In this document: positions 1 to 8,675 of the stretch, piece after piece
How positions within the stretch are numbered: position 1 is the stretch's first letter
Layout: each line of letters starts with the position of its first letter
Source: an uncultured archaeon
GTDB taxonomy: Archaea > Iainarchaeota > Iainarchaeia > Iainarchaeales > DTGL01
Direction of reading: 5' to 3'
Length of the DNA: 20,117 nucleotides
Assembly (NCBI GenBank): GCA_964551725.1
Contig: CAZKED010000023.1
Coordinates: forward strand, 1-20,117
Position numbers and translations under genes: made by a program
Notes under the pieces: generated by a model
The model's database searches: none
Seen by the model: only the letters and a program-made list of their open reading frames with translations
What the model was told of the DNA's origin: nothing

Positions 1-16
1 TGTAGACGGATTAATA

Positions 17-724
17 ATGTTCTTTTTGGTTCCGCTCGCGAAAAGAACGGAATCCGACCTCGACGACCAGCTCGTTCCAGTAATGCGCAACACCCTCAAA
101 GTGGCAATAGGCATTGTTTTGCTTTTGGTAATACTCTCCCATTACGGCGTTGACATAATTCCCGCTATAGCAGGTCTGGGAATAGGTGGCTTGGCGATAG
201 CGTTCGCGGCAAAAGAGACAATAGCGGACATTTTCGGGGGAGTTTCAATTTTCACCTCCCGCCCCTTCAAAATAGGCGACTGGGTCAAGGTAGCGGGAAT
301 TTCAGGCGCAGTCAATGAAGTGGGGCTGCGGCACACCCGCATACGCGCTTTGGACAAGCGCCTCGTTACAATTCCTAACAGCAAGGTGGCCAGTTCAATT
401 ATAGAAAACATTTCCCGAGCGCCGAGAAAAATGACAGAGGTAACAGTCGGCTTAACCTATGCCACAAGCGTTAAGGAAATGGGAAAAGCAATAGGCATTC
501 TGGAGAAAATAATAAACGAAAGAGAGGACTGCGAGAATGACCCGCTCATAGTATTCAAGGAATTCGCGGACTCAAGCGTTAACCTAATGATGCGCTACTG
601 GATTATTAAAAAAGCCGATTTCATGAGAATCCGCTCCGAAGTGAACACTGAAATAAAAAAGCGCTTCGATAAAGCGAAACTGGACTTCGCTTTCCCCACA
701 CAGACAATTTACCTGGAAAAATGA
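17..724 (+). CDS. mscS: MscS-family small-conductance mechanosensitive channel, probably 5'-truncated by the window edge
   Basis: TM3 motif AGLGIGGLAIAFAAKETIADIFGG, then RPFKIGDWV, G-V-EVGLRHTRI, VTIPNS and a C-terminal FAFPTQTIYL. The frame is open from position 2, so the real start is likely upstream of the window. Confidence 0.93.
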   Translation: MFFLVPLAKRTESDLDDQLVPVMRNTLKVAIGIVLLLVILSHYGVDIIPAIAGLGIGGLAIAFAAKETIADIFGGVSIFTSRPFKIGDWVKVAGISGAVNEVGLRHTRIRALDKRLVTIPNSKVASSIIENISRAPRKMTEVTVGLTYATSVKEMGKAIGILEKIINEREDCENDPLIVFKEFADSSVNLMMRYWIIKKADFMRIRSEVNTEIKKRFDKAKLDFAFPTQTIYLEK

Positions 725-1194
725 TTCGGTGCGATGCCGCTACCTGGATTATTTCTTTTTCCCTTTTTTTTCCTTTCCTGCCTTCTCTTCCACAGCGTTC
801 CGCTGTAAAGTATGAACAACGCAATTATTGTTGAAAAAAATGCCGCAAAATAATAGCCTATTCCCACAGCAAGCCCCACTGCAGCAACCAGCCAGAGGTC
901 CGCTGCAGTAGTCAGTCCCTCCACCCTGTCCTTCGAGCGGAATATGGCTCCCGCGCCCAGGAAACCAATGCCTGTCACAATTCCCGCAGCAACTCTTGAG
1001 GGGTCGACCAGACCTCCGGCAATTCCGCCGGAAAACTCGATTGAAGCAATTGTGAAAAGGCATGCGCCGATGCAGACAATGGCATGCGTTCTTATTCCCG
1101 CGGGCTTGTCCTGGATTTCCCTCTCCACTCCGATAAGGCTGCCGAAAATTGTGGACAAAACAAGCCTTGCAATAAGCGCGCTTTCAGAAATCAT
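709..1194 (-). CDS. MgtC/SapB family membrane protein (N-terminal membrane domain only)
   Basis: Motifs IGVERE, PAGIRTHAIV, DPSRVAAGIVTGIGFLGAGAI and GLTTAADLW. The start is taken as the ATG at 1194 (MISESAL); the ORF track begins at 1218. Its 3' end overlaps the mscS 3' end by 16 nt. Confidence 0.92.
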   Translation of the reverse strand: MISESALIARLVLSTIFGSLIGVEREIQDKPAGIRTHAIVCIGACLFTIASIEFSGGIAGGLVDPSRVAAGIVTGIGFLGAGAIFRSKDRVEGLTTAADLWLVAAVGLAVGIGYYFAAFFSTIIALFILYSGTLWKRRQERKKKGKRNNPGSGIAPNHFSR

Positions 1195-1236
1195 TTCAAC
1201 CAAAGGAAAGAAATGCAAAATTCTTTTAAACCCGCT

Positions 1237-1983
1237 TCACTCCAGTAAAACAAGCAAAAACATTACAGAAATGCCGCAAAGCATTGCAACAAGCTGGAGC
1301 AGGGATTCACGCACGGGAATGCATTTTTTCAGTTCAGGAATAAGGTCCGAGCCCGCAATGTAAATAAAACCGCCCGCAGTAAAAGGCAGCAAAAAAAACG
1401 CGGCGTTTTCCACAAATGCACTCATTGCCACCGCCGCAACCGCGCCCAGCACAGCAGTCAACGCTGAAAGAAAATTGAAGCAGAGCGCCTTTTTGCGCGA
1501 AAAACCACTGTGCACCAAAACCGCGAAATCGCCTATTTCTTGGGGAATCTCGTGCAGGAGCACGGCGACAGTCGTGGTAACGCCAAGGCTGAATCCCGCC
1601 AGGTAAGAGCCAGCAATCATCAGACCGTCGACAAAATTGTGCACTGCGTCCCCGAGCAGATTCATGTACCCGAAAGAGTGAACCGTTCCAGCAGGAGTGG
1701 CTAGGTGGCAGTGGTGCCAGTGGATTACCTTTTCGATAACAAAAAAAAGCACAATTCCGGCAAGCACGAGAAGAGATGCCTCTACCCCGAATCCGAATTC
1801 CCTCGCTGTCTCCGGAAGCAGGTGGATAAAAGCACCGCCGAACAATGCGCCGGCGGAAAAACTGACAAGGTAGAGAACAATTTTCCTGAACACTTTTTCC
1901 CTGAGCCCTATTGCCGCTATTCCCACAAGCGATGCAATGCTTACAAGAAAAACGCTTCCCAGAATAAGAAAAATTTCATCCAT
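1237..1983 (-). CDS. ZIP family zinc/metal transporter
   Basis: SFSAGALFGGAFIHLLPE, His-rich loop HWHHCH, GDAVHNFVDG, LHEIPQEIGDF and AGGFIYIAGSDLIPEL. Confidence 0.95.
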   Translation of the reverse strand: MDEIFLILGSVFLVSIASLVGIAAIGLREKVFRKIVLYLVSFSAGALFGGAFIHLLPETAREFGFGVEASLLVLAGIVLFFVIEKVIHWHHCHLATPAGTVHSFGYMNLLGDAVHNFVDGLMIAGSYLAGFSLGVTTTVAVLLHEIPQEIGDFAVLVHSGFSRKKALCFNFLSALTAVLGAVAAVAMSAFVENAAFFLLPFTAGGFIYIAGSDLIPELKKCIPVRESLLQLVAMLCGISVMFLLVLLE

Positions 1984-2001
1984 CCAAAAACTCTCTGAAA
2001 A

Positions 2002-2184
2002 TTATTTTTTCTTCTTTTCCTTCCCCCACACTTCCCTGAATTCTCCGATTTCTTCCTCGCCCAAGCCCAATTCGCGCAACTTTGCCTCGTGCTCCTCCAG
2101 GGACATGTGCTCGTATTCCTCGCGCCACATCTGCATGGCAGGAGTGTCCGGCAAAGGACGACCGTTTTTCTTGGTTTTCGCCAT
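2002..2184 (-). CDS. small charged hypothetical protein (60 aa)
   Basis: Likely start is the ATG at 2184 (MAKTKKNGRPLPDTPAMQMWREEYEHMSLEEHEAKL...). It is co-oriented with the ZIP gene and 18 nt upstream of it, with an AT-rich TTTTTAAA TATA-like element further upstream. Confidence 0.65.
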   Translation of the reverse strand: MAKTKKNGRPLPDTPAMQMWREEYEHMSLEEHEAKLRELGLGEEEIGEFREVWGKEKKKK

Positions 2185-2331
2185 GAATTCAGCCCCGAAT
2201 TTGAAAAAATAAGAACCAGAAATTTTAAAAAGAATATGTGCCGGCTTGCAGCCGGCTCCTTGCCCCAAAATAACTCCATTTAAAAGAATAATTGCGCTAA
2301 ATTTCCACACCCCGCAAACGGAGATGAAAAA

Positions 2332-3786
2332 ATGCGCTTAAGAAAAGAAAAAGATTCGCTGGGAGAAAAAAAAGTGCCGGCAGAATCCTACCAGGGAATA
2401 TTCACCTTCCGCGCCCAAGAAAATTTTGCCCTCTCGGAATCAAAGCCCTCCGCGGAACTCATGAGAGCGCTAGGCGCAATAAAACTCGCATGCGCGAGAA
2501 CCAATGCCTCCCTCGGGCTGCTGGAAGAAAAAAAAGCGCGGGCAATTGCCCGCGCCTCAAAAGAATTCGCCAGAGGAAAATTCGCGAAAGAATTTTCCCT
2601 CGATTACTTTCAGGCGGGAGCAGGCACGCCCTTCAACATGAACGCAAACGAAATAATAGCAAACCGCGCCACCGAACTCATTGGCGGAAAGAAGGGCTCC
2701 TATTGGGTGAATGCAAACAACGACGTTAACATGAGCCAGAGTTCAAACGATGTTATCCCGACAGCGGCAAGGCTCGTTCTCCTCATGAAATCCGCGCGCC
2801 TCACAGAAGAACTCAAAAAAACAAGCAAGGCGTTCAGAAAAAAGTCACTCGAGTTCCGAGGCATTCTGAAGTGCGGTCGCACGCATTACATGGACGCGGT
2901 TCCCATAACACTCGGACAGGAATTCTCCTCTTATACTTCATTGACGGATTCCTCCCTTGAAAGAATTTCCCTCGCTTTGGAGGGACTCAAAACCGTGCCT
3001 CTCGGGGGAACAGCGGTTGGCACGGGAATAAACACGCATCCAAAATTCAGAAAAAAAGCAATAAGAGAGCTTTCTAAAGAATCAGGCTTCAAGCTGAACG
3101 CCCCCAAAAACCCCTTTGAACCAATGCATTCAATGAACTGCCTTGTTGATTACTCAAACGCGCTGAGATGCCTTGCAATCTCTCTGCACAAAATTTCCTC
3201 GGACCTAATGTTCCTCTCTTCGGGTCCCGACGCGGGAGCCGGTGAAATAATTCTGCCGGCAGTGGAACCAGGCAGTTCAATAATGCCCGGCAAAATAAAT
3301 CCATCAATTCCCGAAGCGGCAAAAATGGCGTGCTTTTACGTCCAAGGCATTGACCACGTTGTGGAAAACGCTGCCCTCAGCGGGCACCTTGAAATAAACG
3401 TTTTTGTTCCAGTAATTCTTTTCTCCCTCGAGCAAGCAACAGCGCTCCTTTCAAACACATTGAAAATGATGAGAACAAAATGCATTACGGGAATAAAAGC
3501 CGACAGGGAAAAATGCCTCCAGATGCTCGAATCCTCCTATTCCTATGCCACTGCCCTGAATCCCTATCTCGGCTATTCCGCTGTAGCGGAACTCGTAAAA
3601 GAAGCCTCTCGCAGGAGAAAACCCGTGAAGGAAGTCATTCTGGAAAAAAATTTTATATCCAAAAAAGATTTGGACGCACTGCTCTCGCTCAAAAAAATGA
3701 CAAAGCCCCAGAAATTCGACAAAGCGCTCGCCAAAAAAATCCAGGAAAACAAAAACTTCAAAAAATTCCTCCGCTCTATAAGGTGA
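2332..3786 (+). CDS. aspartate ammonia-lyase / class II fumarate hydratase family protein
   Basis: Fumarase/aspartase signature GSSIMPGKINP, plus QAGAGTPFNMNANE, NMSQSSND, GRTHYMDAVPITLGQEF and LGGTAVGTG. A GGAGATG RBS-like element lies upstream. Confidence 0.93.
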   Translation: MRLRKEKDSLGEKKVPAESYQGIFTFRAQENFALSESKPSAELMRALGAIKLACARTNASLGLLEEKKARAIARASKEFARGKFAKEFSLDYFQAGAGTPFNMNANEIIANRATELIGGKKGSYWVNANNDVNMSQSSNDVIPTAARLVLLMKSARLTEELKKTSKAFRKKSLEFRGILKCGRTHYMDAVPITLGQEFSSYTSLTDSSLERISLALEGLKTVPLGGTAVGTGINTHPKFRKKAIRELSKESGFKLNAPKNPFEPMHSMNCLVDYSNALRCLAISLHKISSDLMFLSSGPDAGAGEIILPAVEPGSSIMPGKINPSIPEAAKMACFYVQGIDHVVENAALSGHLEINVFVPVILFSLEQATALLSNTLKMMRTKCITGIKADREKCLQMLESSYSYATALNPYLGYSAVAELVKEASRRRKPVKEVILEKNFISKKDLDALLSLKKMTKPQKFDKALAKKIQENKNFKKFLRSIR

Positions 3787-3791
3787 ATGCC

Positions 3792-4976
3792 TTGAAAACC
3801 CCGCAGAAAAAAGACTCACTGGAACTGCACGAAAAACTCAAAGGCAAGCTCCAAGTGAAAGCAAAACCAGGGGCAAAGCTTTCAGGCAAAAACCTCCCCC
3901 TTCTTTACACTCCCGGCGTCTCGTTTCCCTGCACGGAAATCGCGAAGCGCAGGGAAAAGGTTTTCTCACTCACGGGAAAGCAGAATTCGATAGCAGTAAT
4001 AACAGACGGAACAGCAGTACTGGGACTGGGAAAAATCGGCGCGGAAGCCTCGCTGCCTGTAATGGAGGGCAAAGCACTTTTGTTCTCCGAACTCGCGGGA
4101 ATAAACGCCTTTCCCCTTGTTTTGGACACCCGTTCCCCCCAAGAAACAGTCCAGGCAATAAAAGCAATCGCTCCAAGTTTCGGCGGCATAAACCTGGAAG
4201 ACATTGCCTCGCCTTACTGCTTTTACATTGAGGAAAAACTGCAGGGGCTGGGCATTCCGGTAGTGCACGACGACCAGCACGCAACCGCAATCGTTGCCCT
4301 CGCGGGACTGATTAATGCATTCAACCTCGCGGACAAAGAATTCCGCGATGCAAAAATTGTCCTCAGCGGCTGCGGCGCAGCCGGCACAGCCATCGCAAAG
4401 CTGCTGCACTCTTCCAAAAAATTCACCCCGAGGCAGATGCTCGTCTTCGACAAATTCGGTTCAGTGCGCAAGGGGAAGAAAATGCCGGAGCACATGAGGG
4501 AAGTTGCAGCGCTCACGGGAAGCAAGTTCCACGGCTCAATGAAAGAAGCACTGCACGGAGCGGATGCGTTCATTGGTGTTTCCGCGCCCAATCTTCTCAG
4601 CGCTGCCAACATCAAAAAAATGGTCGAAAAACCGGTAGTGTTCGCGATGGCGAATCCTGTCCCCGAAATTTCCTTTGAGAGCGCGAAGCGCGGCGGGGCA
4701 TTCATTGTCGGAACGGGCAGAAGCGATTATCCCAATCAAATCAACAATGTGCTCGTATTCCCGGGCATGTTCCGCGGCCTTTTGGATGCACACGCAAAGC
4801 GCCTCAGCGAAGTCGCGAAACTTGCTACAGCAAAAGCGCTGGCTTCATCTTTGCAGCCGAGTCCGGAAAAAATTTTACCGGGCGCGCTTGATTCCGGTTA
4901 TGTAAAAAAAATAGCGCGTTCGGTGAAAAAAGCATCGCGCCGAACCGGGAAATTCTCCAAGCGTTGCTTTTTTTAA
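3792..4976 (+). CDS. NAD(P)-dependent malic enzyme (minimal type, no PTA domain)
   Basis: Motifs YTPGV, TDGTAVLGLG, PVMEGKA, GINLEDI, HDDQHATA, GCGAAG, FAMANPVPEI and GRSDYPNQINNVLVFPG. The start is either TTG at 3792 (AGGTGA RBS at 3781-3786, containing the upstream stop) or GTG at 3783. The ORF-track start at 3480 overlaps the previous gene. Confidence 0.93.
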   Translation: MKTPQKKDSLELHEKLKGKLQVKAKPGAKLSGKNLPLLYTPGVSFPCTEIAKRREKVFSLTGKQNSIAVITDGTAVLGLGKIGAEASLPVMEGKALLFSELAGINAFPLVLDTRSPQETVQAIKAIAPSFGGINLEDIASPYCFYIEEKLQGLGIPVVHDDQHATAIVALAGLINAFNLADKEFRDAKIVLSGCGAAGTAIAKLLHSSKKFTPRQMLVFDKFGSVRKGKKMPEHMREVAALTGSKFHGSMKEALHGADAFIGVSAPNLLSAANIKKMVEKPVVFAMANPVPEISFESAKRGGAFIVGTGRSDYPNQINNVLVFPGMFRGLLDAHAKRLSEVAKLATAKALASSLQPSPEKILPGALDSGYVKKIARSVKKASRRTGKFSKRCFF

Positions 4977-4999
4977 ATCTCTTTTCCTGCAACCGCCCG

Positions 5000-5007
5000 T
5001 TTTATAA
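5000..5007 (+). promoter_or_regulatory. TATA box for the DEAD-box helicase gene
   Basis: TTTTATAA about 150 nt upstream of the ATG, implying a long 5' leader. A GAGTGAT RBS lies at 5147-5153. Confidence 0.5.
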
Positions 5008-5157
5008 GGGTGTCGGGGGAATTTTGTTGTATTAGAGAAGGATTTATTTGAAGTTAAAAAAAAGTTAGCCTGATTTTCTTAACTGAAAAGCACTCCCTTT
5101 TTTTGGGAGGAAAGTTAACTTTTGCCTTTTTTGATTGAAAATGAAAGAGTGATATAA

Positions 5158-6270
5158 ATGGACTTTAGAGAATTTGAATTAAACGGCAGTCTAGCCCATG
5201 CCGTTAAATACAAGGGCTATGAAAAACCCTCGGAAGTGCAGGTGAAAGCAATTCCCCTGGTTTTGGAGGGAAAGGATGTCATCGTGCAGGCACAGACAGG
5301 CACGGGAAAAACGGCGGCTTTCGCCATTCCATTGCTTGAAAGGCTTTCTGGCACAAGGCCCTCGGCACAGGCGCTCGTGGTCGTTCCCACAAGGGAGCTC
5401 GCGGAGCAGGTGAAAAAGGAATTTTCCTCCCTTGCAAAAGGGCAGAAAGTTTACTGCATTTCCGTTTACGGAGGCCAGAGCATCGGCGTGCAGAGGAACC
5501 TATTGCGCAAAGGCCAGCACGTGATAATTGCGACACCGGGCAGGCTCATGGACTTAATGAACAGGGGCTGGATAAGCCTTAATGCAGTAAAATACGTGGT
5601 ACTTGACGAAGCCGACAAAATGTTCGACATGGGCTTCAGGGAAGACATTGAATTCATACTTTCACACTGCCCCAAGCAAAGGCAGACAATGCTTTTTTCT
5701 GCCACGATTTCGGAAGACATCCTCTCACTTGCAGGGGAACACCTCTGCGGGGAAAGAGTGTTCGTGAATGTCTCGCAGGACAGGGTTGCAGTGGACGAAA
5801 TCGACCAGTTTTACATAAGCGTTGAGCGCAGGAAGCGCTTGCCCATTCTCGCGGCACTGCTCCGGGGCAAGAGAATGACCAAGTGCTTGGTGTTTTGCAG
5901 GACAAGGCGCACGGCAGACTGGCTTTCAAAGCAGTTGAGCCAGCGCGGCGTGCAAGCGCGCTCAATTCACGGTGGCTTGCCGCAAAGGGCACGCGAGCGA
6001 ATACTTGCCGGATTCAGGTCGGAGAAAATCCCAGTGCTCGTCACAACCGATTTATTGGCGAGAGGAATGGACATAAGTGACATTTCCCACATAGTGAATT
6101 TCGATTTCCCCAAGGAAAGGGAAACGTACATTCACAGGATTGGCAGGACAGCGCGCTTCGGGAACCGCGGCGAGGCAATAACATTCTGCACAAACGTAAT
6201 GGAATACGAGGAACTCGAGCGCATTCAGAACAATTTCAACACAGAAATAATAGAACTGGAAGCCGGGTAA
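5158..6270 (+). CDS. DEAD-box ATP-dependent RNA helicase (core only, CshA/DeaD-like)
   Basis: Q motif GYEKPSEVQ, AQTGTGKT, PTRELA, TPGRL, DEAD, SAT, TDLLARGMD and YIHRIGRTAR. Confidence 0.97.
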   Translation: MDFREFELNGSLAHAVKYKGYEKPSEVQVKAIPLVLEGKDVIVQAQTGTGKTAAFAIPLLERLSGTRPSAQALVVVPTRELAEQVKKEFSSLAKGQKVYCISVYGGQSIGVQRNLLRKGQHVIIATPGRLMDLMNRGWISLNAVKYVVLDEADKMFDMGFREDIEFILSHCPKQRQTMLFSATISEDILSLAGEHLCGERVFVNVSQDRVAVDEIDQFYISVERRKRLPILAALLRGKRMTKCLVFCRTRRTADWLSKQLSQRGVQARSIHGGLPQRARERILAGFRSEKIPVLVTTDLLARGMDISDISHIVNFDFPKERETYIHRIGRTARFGNRGEAITFCTNVMEYEELERIQNNFNTEIIELEAG

Positions 6271-6295
6271 AAAGCTGCTCTGGCTTTCCTCCATT

Positions 6296-7132
6296 CTATG
6301 TGAACCCTATGCCGCCGGCTGCCAGCATAATGAATTCCGCATAGTATACCGAGAGGAGCGCGAAGAAAAGCGCCGGAAGCGCGGATAAAAGGGTTCCGAG
6401 GGCAATCGTTGCCGTCAATTCGTGCTTTTTGATTTTCCCTGACTGTTTTCCCGCGAACCTCACAACACGGCTGGAAATGAAAAAAATAAAGGAAAAAAGC
6501 GGGCTGGTTATTAGTAAGTAAAAAGTCGCCAATAAGAAGAAAAAAGCCATTGAAGGCAGGACTTGTTCAGGTGTTGTGCCCCAATAAGCCGTTCCCTGCG
6601 CAATAGAGCCCATGAGAATTATTTGAATTAAAACCAAGAAGAGATTGAATGCCGTTGCCGTGCCCAGGAGAACAAAAGGGTAAAGCAATATTTTTGCAAT
6701 AATTCCCGATTTAAAGAATTTAAGCGTTTTTCCCGCTCTTCCGCATGCTTTTCCCAGCAGAAAGTACGACAACGCGCCGACGAAGAAAGGGGAAAAGAGC
6801 GCCATGATGCCGAATTGCAGCATCATTCTGGAAACCAGCAGGATTAATGCTCCTACAGTGATTCCAATTGCAGGAAATATCCTTTTCTCTCCTTTTTTTA
6901 ACGAGATTATCCCAAGCGCGATTGCAATCATGGGAAAAAGGAAGAAGCCCGCAGCGGAGAAGAAAAACACGCACACGGCGAGAGAGTACACAGCGTTTAT
7001 GGTCCCTGAAGGAATGCTGCCTCCAAGGTATAGTGCCCCGTAATAATACGCCGTGCAGAGGGCAGCCAGCGCGGAAAACGCAAGAGAGTAAATCCCGTAT
7101 CTGTTTTTCCCGAATTCTGCTTTCCACTTCAT
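6296..7132 (-). CDS. multi-pass membrane protein, hypothetical
   Basis: 278 aa with about 7 hydrophobic segments. A TATA-like ATAAATAAA about 22-30 nt upstream of the ATG suggests a leaderless transcript. Confidence 0.75.
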   Translation of the reverse strand: MKWKAEFGKNRYGIYSLAFSALAALCTAYYYGALYLGGSIPSGTINAVYSLAVCVFFFSAAGFFLFPMIAIALGIISLKKGEKRIFPAIGITVGALILLVSRMMLQFGIMALFSPFFVGALSYFLLGKACGRAGKTLKFFKSGIIAKILLYPFVLLGTATAFNLFLVLIQIILMGSIAQGTAYWGTTPEQVLPSMAFFFLLATFYLLITSPLFSFIFFISSRVVRFAGKQSGKIKKHELTATIALGTLLSALPALFFALLSVYYAEFIMLAAGGIGFT

Positions 7133-7157
7133 TTAAGGAGAATTAAGCTTCCGGTTT

Positions 7158-7200
7158 ATTTATTTCTTTCGGTGCGTTTTGAATTCCTTCCGCACGGAAT
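7158..7200. repeat. highly degenerate 4th copy of the tRNA-Tyr 3'-end/trailer unit
   Basis: TCGGTGCGTTTTGAATTCCTTCCGCACGGAAT (7169-7200) aligns by eye with TCGGCGTGAATTTGACAATTCCCGCCTCCCGGATT (from 9327) at about two-thirds identity with gaps. Its position next to a TATA box matches the other copies. Confidence 0.4.
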
Positions 7201-7235
7201 AAGAATCCGATTCTGGGATTTTCCATTTTGTATTT

Positions 7236-7880
7236 TCATGCTAATCTGCGAAATCTTAACTGCCGTGGTTTTACTCCTAAACCCCTGCGAACCCCTCTGT
7301 ATCTCAGTATCCTTCTTGTTGCCCTGTCATATCTTTGCTCTCCGCTGTGTCCGGCTTTCACAAAATCTTGCCTTGCAAAATGGATCGTATGGGCTATTTC
7401 GTTCAATGTGTACTCTGATAAAACTCTGAACACAAATTCATGTATTCCAATCCCAAATCTTTTATATAGTTTTCCTTTCGGGAACAATTCCGAGGTTGCG
7501 CGGTCAATGGCTTCTTTAACCGCTTCTCTTTCGCGGTAGGCTTTTCTCAATTCGCCTAGTATTTTTTGGAACTCGGGTGTCCTCGCAATTTCAGTTGCTG
7601 TCTGCACATCATAGCCCAATGACCTCAGGTGTTCAGCTCTTTCTGTCTCTTTTCTTCCCCATTTTTCCTTGAGACCCGGAATGGATGCAACGAATTCTTC
7701 AGGGGTGAGTTTCCACAGGCCCGGATTTCTTAGAGCTTTCTCGTTCTTAACGGCTTCGTCTATTGCTTGCAGCGATATTGCAACAACAAAAAGTGGATTG
7801 CCAAATTGCTCGTTATAATGTGCTATTTGTTCATCGCCATAGAGTCTCTTGGAAGCACCAACACCAAACCAGCATCTCAT
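7236..7880 (-). CDS. hypothetical protein (214 aa) with Arg-rich C-terminus
   Basis: ATG at 7880 with ATTAAATA TATA at 7902-7909 (leaderless spacing). The protein is helical and charged with no recognised family. Confidence 0.7.
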   Translation of the reverse strand: MRCWFGVGASKRLYGDEQIAHYNEQFGNPLFVVAISLQAIDEAVKNEKALRNPGLWKLTPEEFVASIPGLKEKWGRKETERAEHLRSLGYDVQTATEIARTPEFQKILGELRKAYREREAVKEAIDRATSELFPKGKLYKRFGIGIHEFVFRVLSEYTLNEIAHTIHFARQDFVKAGHSGEQRYDRATRRILRYRGVRRGLGVKPRQLRFRRLA

Positions 7881-7901
7881 AGTCAATTGTTTCCCTGTGG
7901 G

Positions 7902-7961
7902 TATTTAATAATTATAGGTCGGCGTTCCTTTTTCTTGAGAAAAGTCCGCTCCCGGGTTTGC
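7902..7961. repeat. degenerate 3rd copy of the tRNA-Tyr 3'-end/trailer unit (att-like)
   Basis: TCCGCTCCCGGGTTTGC (7945-7961) versus the core TCCCGCCTCCCGGATTTGC gives 16/19 (2 deletions, 1 substitution). It also shares TCGGCGT (7919-7925 vs 9327-9333), TTGA-AA and a terminal TATA box. Confidence 0.7.
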
Positions 7962-7987
7962 GCATTGGAGGCTTTGCGCCTGCCTTT

Positions 7988-8116
7988 TTATAATTCTGCG
8001 AGTTCTGCATAGAATTCTTTGTATTTTTCCAAGTCGGCTTTTACTATGTCCTTGATGTCTTTCCATTCCACCAGGGTTATAGGCTCTCTCTTTCCCTTTA
8101 TTTTCACTTCCTTCAT
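7988..8116 (-). CDS. unannotated small protein, 42 aa (MKEVKIKGKREPITLVEWKDIKDIVKADLEKYKEFYAELAEL)
   Basis: ATG at 8116 preceded by AGGAG RBS, TAA at 7988-7990, 17 nt downstream of the mazF-like stop. It is below the ORF-track length cut-off. Confidence 0.65.
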   Translation of the reverse strand: MKEVKIKGKREPITLVEWKDIKDIVKADLEKYKEFYAELAEL

Positions 8117-8133
8117 TTTAATCGCTCCTGGTT

Positions 8134-8484
8134 TCAGAGCCCATACAGTTCCCTTATTTTTTGTTTTACTTCTTTTAGTTTTTGGTTTGAGATTTTTCCG
8201 ATTTTGGTTTCTATAATTTTCTTGTAGGCCGTCACTGGGTTGTCAACCATTATCTGGCTTTCAGTCTTCAGTCGTCCTTTTTCTAAATCTTTTGAAGTTA
8301 GTAAAACATCGTATTTTGTTTTGCTTCCTTGGGAAGTTATCTTAAGCAAGATTAAGTCGTCTGACTCTCGGTTGAATTTTGAATTGCTTATAACTAGTGC
8401 TGGTCGTCTTTTCACCCCGGTTTGCTCTGAGAATATTAGGTCAGCTACAACGAGGTCTCCTTGCTCAAAATTCGAAGAGTTCAT
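8134..8484 (-). CDS. PemK/MazF-family endoribonuclease toxin
   Basis: QGDLVVADLIFSEQTGVKRRPALVISN...ITS...L..ESQIMVD...KIG. The start is the ATG at 8484, overlapping the antitoxin end by 20 nt. Confidence 0.92.
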   Translation of the reverse strand: MNSSNFEQGDLVVADLIFSEQTGVKRRPALVISNSKFNRESDDLILLKITSQGSKTKYDVLLTSKDLEKGRLKTESQIMVDNPVTAYKKIIETKIGKISNQKLKEVKQKIRELYGL

Positions 8485-8668
8485 GCGCGTCTTCCCCTTT
8501 CTCTGCCCATCTCCTGTAAGCGTAAAACCTCCAAGGGTCTTTTTCCGTTTCAAGCATTTTTGCTTTTCTTTCAATTGCCTGCCTCGCGACCTCTGTCCAC
8601 TTAATCTCGGAGTGTTTTTTCATTGTCTTGTGCAGTTGTTCCGGGATAGCCAAGGTCATATTAACCAT
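8465..8668 (-). CDS. ribbon-helix-helix antitoxin (archaeal CopG/RHH type)
   Basis: MVNMTLAIPEQLHKTMKKHSEIKWTEVARQAI has the beta-alpha-alpha pattern. It has an AGGTGA RBS and lies directly upstream of the toxin. Confidence 0.85.
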   Translation of the reverse strand: MVNMTLAIPEQLHKTMKKHSEIKWTEVARQAIERKAKMLETEKDPWRFYAYRRWAEKGEDAHELFEF

Positions 8669-8675
8669 TCAATCA

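Noticed and set aside
3480-3782. N-terminal 101-aa extension of malic enzyme in the ORF track
   Set aside because: It overlaps the lyase gene in another frame and is non-homologous, and a good RBS/start exists at 3783-3794.
5141-5152. Tiny uORF ATG-AAA-GAG-TGA before the helicase
   Set aside because: It is three codons overlapping the RBS and easily arises by chance in AT-rich sequence.
7206-7223. Alternative weak match to the tRNA-Tyr core (TCCGATTCTGGGATTTTC, 12/18)
   Set aside because: Identity is near chance level, and the 7169-7200 alignment fits the unit architecture better.
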